DNA of 12,055 nt, the filler included, from an uncultured Gemmatimonadota bacterium (GTDB lineage Bacteria; Blakebacterota; Blakebacteria; Blakebacterales; Blakebacteraceae): the NCBI GenBank assembly GCA_964576115.1. It is 7 parts of 7 records of this genome, joined end to end, with 100 filler letters (N's around TTAATTAATTAA, not from the genome) between each part and the next. Parts side by side here need not be neighbours in the genome. Positions count along the whole stretch, not along the records: positions 7,211 to 8,822 come from CAZNUA010000142.1; positions 8,923 to 10,445 come from CAZNUA010000143.1; positions 10,546 to 12,055 come from CAZNUA010000144.1; 4 more parts are not named here. One strand, 5' to 3'. Position numbers and translations under genes: made by a program. Positions 7,213 to 12,055 of this stretch are shown piece by piece. Every line of letters begins with the position of its first letter. The stretch's first letter is position 1. The notes below the pieces were generated by a model. The model ran no database searches. It was not told the origin of the DNA and worked only from the letters and a program-made list of their open reading frames with translations.

Positions 7213-8337
7213 CGCCGGGAGCCTGACCGCATCTGGCGCGATACCGAATTGGTGCGCGGTGTCGTCGAGGCAGCCGATACGGTGCAGATTGATTGGTCCC
7301 GGGCCCTGATCGACGGATTGCTCCAGAGGTTGACCCGGCGGGGCTTTCTCACAACACCGGCCCCTGGGCACTACCGCGCTGTCGTGAGCGAGACACTGGA
7401 AGAGGAAGAGCCGGTCGGGTTCGAGGGGGAGATCACGCGGCTGGAACGGGAGGTCGACGCATCGATGCCCCACCTGGGGATGCTTGCCTCGAGCAACCTG
7501 AAAGCGCAGGTCGCCATCTGGGGTGCGAGGGCGCGTATTGTTCAGGACACGGCAGCGGATCTGAACCCGGAGTGGGAAAAACGTCTCTTCCGGGTCTTCG
7601 GCCGGCTGGGCACGATTGTTAAACAGCACCGGTGTGGCTGGGTGGATGTGCTCAATCGGCAGTGGTCCACCGACTGGACGGCCTACATTGCCGTCCAGCG
7701 CGGTCAGCTCACCGGCCTGCCGCCAGCTCTGACCCCGGAACAGGAGGAGGAATATCAGGCGGCCGAACTACGGGGGCTGCTGGCCCCCGGTCGGGTGGTG
7801 GAACCCGCCGAAACCGATGGGATCCTGCTGGATGCCCTCGACATCCTGGGCGAGGACGATCAGCTCGTGGCCGAAGCCCTGGAGCGGTTCGGCGATCCCC
7901 GACAGGAGGCTCACCCGGCTGCCGGGCTGCGCCGGCGCCGGCGCTCCCCGCGCCGGGAGGAGCCGGAAGAGAGGTTGGAGATCCCGGACGCCGTCCTGGC
8001 GATGACCCGGGAGCAAAGAGCGCTTATCGCCGGGGGGCAGGGCGGCCGTGAAGAGCAGCGGCAGGCCATCGAGAAGGGCCTCCAGTTCTCCTCCCTGGAG
8101 TGGGAGACCGTCGAACGGGGGCAGGTCGCGCCGCTTCTGCGCGTGGCGGAGCGCATCCGGGGAGGCTCCTACGACCTCGTCTTCTTCCTCTCGGCCTTCA
8201 CCAGTCACAAGGGGACCGTGGTGGTGGACGCCTGCCGGGAAACGGGCGTACCGCTGGTCTACCTGAACCGCGGCTATAACCCGGCCAGGGTCGTGCACGA
8301 GATCGAAGAGCAGTTGGCCACCGGATCGGATTCCTGA
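7213..8337 (+). CDS. Uncharacterised protein with a C-terminal DUF2325-like alpha/beta domain; probably 5'-truncated
   Basis: Frame open from the contig edge (RREPDRIWRDTELVRG) with strong GC3 bias. C-terminal ALIAGG...DLVFFLSAFTSH...ACRETGVPLVYL fits the DUF2325 pattern (hhhhGG...DhVhh.T.F.SH...A+..GhPhhY). Confidence 0.7.
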   Translation, partial: RREPDRIWRDTELVRGVVEAADTVQIDWSRALIDGLLQRLTRRGFLTTPAPGHYRAVVSETLEEEEPVGFEGEITRLEREVDASMPHLGMLASSNLKAQVAIWGARARIVQDTAADLNPEWEKRLFRVFGRLGTIVKQHRCGWVDVLNRQWSTDWTAYIAVQRGQLTGLPPALTPEQEEEYQAAELRGLLAPGRVVEPAETDGILLDALDILGEDDQLVAEALERFGDPRQEAHPAAGLRRRRRSPRREEPEERLEIPDAVLAMTREQRALIAGGQGGREEQRQAIEKGLQFSSLEWETVERGQVAPLLRVAERIRGGSYDLVFFLSAFTSHKGTVVVDACRETGVPLVYLNRGYNPARVVHEIEEQLATGSDS

Positions 8338-8342
8338 CCGCG

Positions 8343-8398
8343 TGATCGTCGACATCGTTGCGGATTGTCAGGATGATCCGCAACATGATGTCTGATTG
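8343..8398 (+). other. Long imperfect stem-loop immediately after the DUF2325-like gene (possible terminator or RNA-stability element)
   Basis: GACATCGTTGCGGAT (8351-8365) pairs with ATCCGCAAC-at-GATGTC (8376-8392). G-U pairs extend it inward to a CAGG loop and outward to 8343/8398. No U-tract. Confidence 0.55.
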
Positions 8399-8500
8399 TC
8401 TCCATCCATGGAGAACCCTCGTCATGGAAGAGAAGCCAATCGGTACACGACCATCTGTGATGACGAACACCTGTCACCCTGCACGACACGCGAGGAACCC

Positions 8501-8822
8501 ATGAACCTGACAGTGTTGAAGGATATTCCGCCGTGGGAGTGGCCATCGGGCGCTGACAGGGTGATTCTCGATATCCTGACGAATGAAGGAGCCGACAGTT
8601 CTGATCGCCTCCTTGCAGCGGATCTGGCCGGCGACTTCAGCGTGATCAACGATGAGTTGATTCAGGCATTGCTGTCCATTCTCCAGAACGAGGAAGAGAG
8701 TGAGGAACTGCGCGGCACTGCTGCGATATCCCTGGGGCCGGCACTCGAATACGCCTGTACGGACGGATTCGACGACCCGGATGATCCCCCGATCACCGAG
8801 GCCACGTTTCTCCGTGTCCAGG
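8501..8822 (+). CDS. HEAT-repeat-like helical protein, 3'-truncated
   Basis: GAGGA RBS at 8492-8496 and ATG at 8501 (MNLTVLKDIPPWEWP). HEAT-like units DRLLAADLAG and ALLSILQNEEESEELRGTAAISLG. Confidence 0.7.
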
Positions 8823-8922
8823 NNNNNNNNNNNNNNNNNNNNNNNNNNNNNNNNNNNNNNNNNNNNTTAATTAATTAANNNNNNNNNNNNNNNNNNNNNN
8901 NNNNNNNNNNNNNNNNNNNNNN
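8823..8922. other. Artificial contig spacer
   Basis: 44 N + TTAATTAATTAA + 44 N. Confidence 0.99.
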
Positions 8923-9810
8923 GCCGAGCGCGAGGAGGCTTACCGGACCCAGGTGACCTACCCGACCGAGGCCTGGGCCCTCGACGACGGCCGACGCCTG
9001 GTTCTCGAGACCTCGGAGTGGGCACGCGTGCGGGCGCTGTCACGGGCGGCAGTCTATTCTTCCGAAGGTGATACCCTGGCGGCCTTCGGCACCCGGGAAG
9101 TGAAAAGCGGAACCTGGGGGTACTACGAGGAACCCCCACCCATGCCCAACGCACCGACCCGGCCTCTTCCCGGAGGCAGAAACTGGCGCGATCTCATTCC
9201 GAAGTTCAGACCCATCCGCTACAAAACGACCATCTTCCTGCCCTTCGCTCCTCAGCCTGCAGCCCGGTATTACCCCGGGAGAGGAATCCTTGTATCCACC
9301 GGCGATGAACCTCAGCTGACCTGGTACGATACGGACGGCGATCCGATCGGGCGGATCCGCATCGACACCGATCCCGAACCGGTGATCGACAGTGACCGGG
9401 AAAGATTCGAAGCCGGTTACCAGGAGTATCTGCGCGGCCTCGATCCGGGCCAGCGCATGGCGGCCGAGGGGAGAAAACGCTATCAGCTCCTGCCGCGCAC
9501 CAAGGCCTTCTGGACCTGGGTGCACTGTGACGACGCCGGCTGCTACTGGCTGCGCCGGCACGAGGACTATGTCTGGGAAGACGGGAACGTCAGCCATACT
9601 TACTGGCTGCTCAGTCCCGAAGGCGAGTTCCTGGGCTCGACCACCGCCCCGCCCGACTTCTACACCCGCGAGCTCTGGCAGGAATGGATCACACCGGTGG
9701 CGGTCTCGGACAGTCACTTCCTGACGATCACCCTGGGATCCGAGGAAGGAGACTGGACCCTCACGGTCTACCGGATGGAACCGGCCGCAGCGGGCTTCAG
9801 TTACCCCTGA
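8923..9810 (+). CDS. Hypothetical protein, probable C-terminal part of a 6-bladed beta-propeller (TolB/NHL-like) protein; 5'-truncated
   Basis: Frame open from the contig edge. Blade-like repeats VYSSEGDTLAAF, WYDTDGDPIGRI, CDDAGCYW, LLSPEGEFLGS and terminal LTVYRM. Confidence 0.65.
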   Translation, partial: AEREEAYRTQVTYPTEAWALDDGRRLVLETSEWARVRALSRAAVYSSEGDTLAAFGTREVKSGTWGYYEEPPPMPNAPTRPLPGGRNWRDLIPKFRPIRYKTTIFLPFAPQPAARYYPGRGILVSTGDEPQLTWYDTDGDPIGRIRIDTDPEPVIDSDRERFEAGYQEYLRGLDPGQRMAAEGRKRYQLLPRTKAFWTWVHCDDAGCYWLRRHEDYVWEDGNVSHTYWLLSPEGEFLGSTTAPPDFYTRELWQEWITPVAVSDSHFLTITLGSEEGDWTLTVYRMEPAAAGFSYP

Positions 9811-9876
9811 ACGTCCCGGTAGCCCGAGTCACCAATTTGTCGTTCTTCGCGCTCCGGTGCCGTCCGGGAACGAAGC

Positions 9877-10443
9877 TTACTCCTGCACCAGGGCCCTGAC
9901 CGGATCGATCCGGGTGGCCCGTCGGGCCGGCAGAAGTGATGCCAGCAGGGCAATGGCTGCCAGCAGCAACGGTGCCAAAATAAAGACTGCGGCATCGCGA
10001 ACACCGATGCCGAAGAGCAGGGATTCGAGCAGACCGGTCAGGGCGAAGGCTCCGATCAGGCCGGTCGCCACACCGATGATGACCAGTCTCAGACCGTTAC
10101 GCAGCATGAGTCCCAGCACCGCCCCGGGATCGGCTCCGAGCGCCATACGCACGCCGATCTCGTGGGTGCGCTGCGAGACGGCGAACGACATGATCCCGTA
10201 GAGGCCGATGGCAGCCAGCAGAAGCGCCGCTGAGGCAAAGCAGGCCAGCAGCAGGGTCCGGAAACGCGGGCGCGAGATCGATTCGTCCACCATCTGTTCG
10301 ATGGTCTGGATGCTCTGCACCGGCTGTTCGGGATCAACCGCCATGACTTCCCGGCGGGCGGACTGGGCCAGGCTCAAGGGAGACACCGCAGTGTGCATCA
10401 CGTAGGTCAGGCTTACCCGTGGATCCTGCCGGTACAGCAGATA
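9877..10443 (-). CDS. ABC transporter permease (ADOP/MacB-like), C-terminal FtsX domain; 5'-truncated
   Basis: Frame open to the contig edge (YLLYRQDP...). Motifs VDPEQPV, ALLLAAIGLYGIMSFAVSQRTHEIGVRMALGA, LPARRATRIDPVRAL. Confidence 0.95.
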   Translation of the reverse strand, partial: YLLYRQDPRVSLTYVMHTAVSPLSLAQSARREVMAVDPEQPVQSIQTIEQMVDESISRPRFRTLLLACFASAALLLAAIGLYGIMSFAVSQRTHEIGVRMALGADPGAVLGLMLRNGLRLVIIGVATGLIGAFALTGLLESLLFGIGVRDAAVFILAPLLLAAIALLASLLPARRATRIDPVRALVQE

Positions 10444-10445
10444 GA

Positions 10446-10545
10446 NNNNNNNNNNNNNNNNNNNNNNNNNNNNNNNNNNNNNNNNNNNNTTAATTAATTA
10501 ANNNNNNNNNNNNNNNNNNNNNNNNNNNNNNNNNNNNNNNNNNNN
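10446..10545. other. Artificial contig spacer
   Basis: 44 N + TTAATTAATTAA + 44 N. Confidence 0.99.
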
Positions 10546-10832
10546 TTGCCGCCCCGCCGCAGTACCTCGACCCCGACCCGGCTGGCCAGGGTGTCGGCCG
10601 AAACCACCACCCCGTGCCGTGCGCGTACGGGTTGGGCCGAACTCTTCGCCGGCCGGTTCGTTATCTCCGAGAGGAGCAGCGAGGAGGGAATGGCGAGCAG
10701 GGTGAGGGCGACGAGGCCTGCCGCCGGCCCGGATGAGCACCGGCGTCGAACGGTGCGAAGGCGGGAACGACAGGGGGTACGTCGATCGGGGTGGGGCCGG
10801 CCGGACGGGGTACGGGAGCGGAACATCCTCAT
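10546..10832 (-). CDS. ggt: Gamma-glutamyltransferase, N-terminal fragment; 3'-truncated
   Basis: QPVRARHGVVVSADTLASRVGVEVLRRGG(N) is the typical GGT N-terminal signature, preceded by a hydrophobic segment. GGAGGAG RBS at 10835-10841; start ATG 10832 or 10826. Confidence 0.85.
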
Positions 10833-11037
10833 TTCTCCTCCAGGAGCAAGAAACCGAACCCGGGAATGATGGGGACCGGGCCTCATTTTGTAGTTACCTT
10901 GAATGCGGTATCAGCCTGCCGGTGACAGTCCGACACGGGCGTATCCGCAGAACGTTCCGGTACTCGCACAAGGTAGGCTACCGGGACGGTGTCGAACAAG
11001 CGACATGACCGATACGCAGACAACAGGGAGGGGCGCA

Positions 11038-12055
11038 GTGCCTCGTTGGGTGTATGCAACCGGAGCCGCCGTGGTGGTTGTGGTGGCTCTCTTCGCGCTC
11101 ATGCGCACGGGCGGGAACGCCGATGCGACCGTATCCAGTGTCGCCCGGGTTCAGAGCGGAAGCATGGAGATCACCGTCACGGGACCGGGCCGGATCCGGG
11201 CCGCAAATGCGGTCGAGATCGATGTGCCCTATTCCGTGAACGGCCAGCTTCAACTGATCTACCTCTATCCCGAGGGAGAGGACGTCCAGGCCGGCGAAAT
11301 CGTGGCTCAGCTCGACACCACTTCGGCGGTCGAGGATCTGGAGACCGAGATCGAGGCCCTCGAGACGGCCGAGGCCTCCTACGAACAAACCATCGAGGAT
11401 CTGGCGAACAACATCAAGAACCTCGAAAACGCCGTCCGTTCGGCTGAACTCTCTTACGATCAGGCCGTTCTGCAGCGCCAGAACCTCGAGTTCTCATCCG
11501 AACTGGAACAGCAGCAGGGCGATCTGGATGTGGAGAACGCCCGTATCTCGCTCAATGAAGCGCGCCGCAAGCTCGAGGCCCAGAAGATCATCAATGAAAC
11601 CGACCGGCGCCGGCAGGAGATCAACCTGGAGAGCCGGCGGGAAGACGTCGAGGAGGCCCGGGAAGAACTGGCCGCCCTGACGATCCGCGCCCCGATCAGC
11701 GGGATGGTCATCCACGGCGAGCAGGGTCGCTGGATGGAACGGACCAAGGTCAAGGAGGGCGACAACGTCAACCGCGGCCAGGAACTGATCAAACTGCCCG
11801 ATCTGAGCGAACTGCTGGTCGAGATACGGATCAACGAACTCGACCACGAACGGGTTCAGGTCGGCCAGCGGGCGGTCATCCGCCTCGAGGCCTATCCCCG
11901 TCTCGAACTGCCCGGACATGTCATCGACATCTCCACCCTGGCCCAGGAAACCAGTCGCGGCAGCAACGTCAAGGTTTTCCCGGCTGTGATCCGGCTCGAC
12001 GAACCCGATTCCCGGGCCCGGCCCGGCATGACCGCCAGCGTGGATGTCATCGTGG
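11038..12055 (+). CDS. Efflux RND/MacA-type periplasmic adaptor (membrane fusion, HlyD family) protein; runs off the window
   Basis: Manual translation; absent from the ORF track because it has no stop. GTG 11038 with GGAGG 6 nt upstream (in-frame ATG at 11005 is an alternative). TM anchor WVYATGAAVVVVVALFALM, lipoyl halves PEGEDVQAGEIVAQLD and LTIRAPISGMV, long coiled coil, VKEGDNV..GQELIKLPDLS, INELD...VQVGQ, RPGMTASVDV. Confidence 0.93.
   Translation, partial: MPRWVYATGAAVVVVVALFALMRTGGNADATVSSVARVQSGSMEITVTGPGRIRAANAVEIDVPYSVNGQLQLIYLYPEGEDVQAGEIVAQLDTTSAVEDLETEIEALETAEASYEQTIEDLANNIKNLENAVRSAELSYDQAVLQRQNLEFSSELEQQQGDLDVENARISLNEARRKLEAQKIINETDRRRQEINLESRREDVEEAREELAALTIRAPISGMVIHGEQGRWMERTKVKEGDNVNRGQELIKLPDLSELLVEIRINELDHERVQVGQRAVIRLEAYPRLELPGHVIDISTLAQETSRGSNVKVFPAVIRLDEPDSRARPGMTASVDVIV

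Noticed and set aside
8396..8500. N-terminal extension of the HEAT-repeat ORF from TTG 8396
   Set aside because: ATG 8501 has a good RBS, and the extension overlaps the palindromic intergenic elements.
1789..10501. Regularly spaced palindromic TTAATTAATTAA repeats as a CRISPR array, recombination sites or a cassette array
   Set aside because: Each is centred in exactly 44+44 N and genes are cut mid-frame at each one; this is a six-frame-stop linker added during concatenation.
10860..11030. Sigma70, sigma54 or ECF promoters in the ggt/adaptor divergent region
   Set aside because: Partial matches (TTGAAT, GGAAC, GTCCG-aca-CGGGC) lack correctly spaced partner elements.
10989..11447. 152-aa + ORF and the minus ORFs at 10978-11388, 11460-11834 and 11494-11919
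   Set aside because: Alternate-frame or antisense readings of the adaptor gene starting at 11038.
9877..12055. ADOP permease, PadR and RND adaptor as one MacAB-like efflux operon
   Set aside because: They are on different contigs separated by artificial spacers, so linkage cannot be inferred.

Overview
This is not one continuous locus. It is seven short, GC-rich (about two-thirds GC by eye) bacterial contig pieces joined by six identical 100-bp artificial spacers (44 N + TTAATTAATTAA + 44 N). The complete pieces shrink in order (1720, 1682, 1664, 1612, 1523 bp), so this looks like the small-contig tail of a size-sorted draft genome or bin, and adjacency across spacers has no biological meaning. 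Piece 1: larC (nickel-pincer cofactor nickel insertase) coupled to a PorV/PorQ-like outer-membrane barrel gene. Piece 2: a complete sodium:solute symporter preceded by the hidden 3' end of a Mut7-C RNase-domain gene. Piece 3: PadR regulator plus an ADOP/MacB-like ABC permease (5' part). Piece 4: UPF0173 metal-dependent hydrolase, a degenerate DUF2064/TIGR04282-like protein, and a yigZ 5' end fused out of frame to an fbp 3' end; this piece carries two apparent microhomology deletion junctions. Piece 5: an uncharacterised protein with a C-terminal DUF2325-like domain, a structured intergenic region and a HEAT-repeat protein. Piece 6: a beta-propeller-like protein convergent with an ADOP permease 3' end. 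Piece 7: ggt 5' end divergent from an RND/MacA-type periplasmic adaptor that the ORF track misses. I saw no rRNA, tRNA, CRISPR array or transposase. No complete new system can be supported; the best leads are the internally deleted piece 4, its charge-reversed DUF2064 homolog, and the DUF2325/HEAT pair. All family calls come from motif recognition, not database searches.
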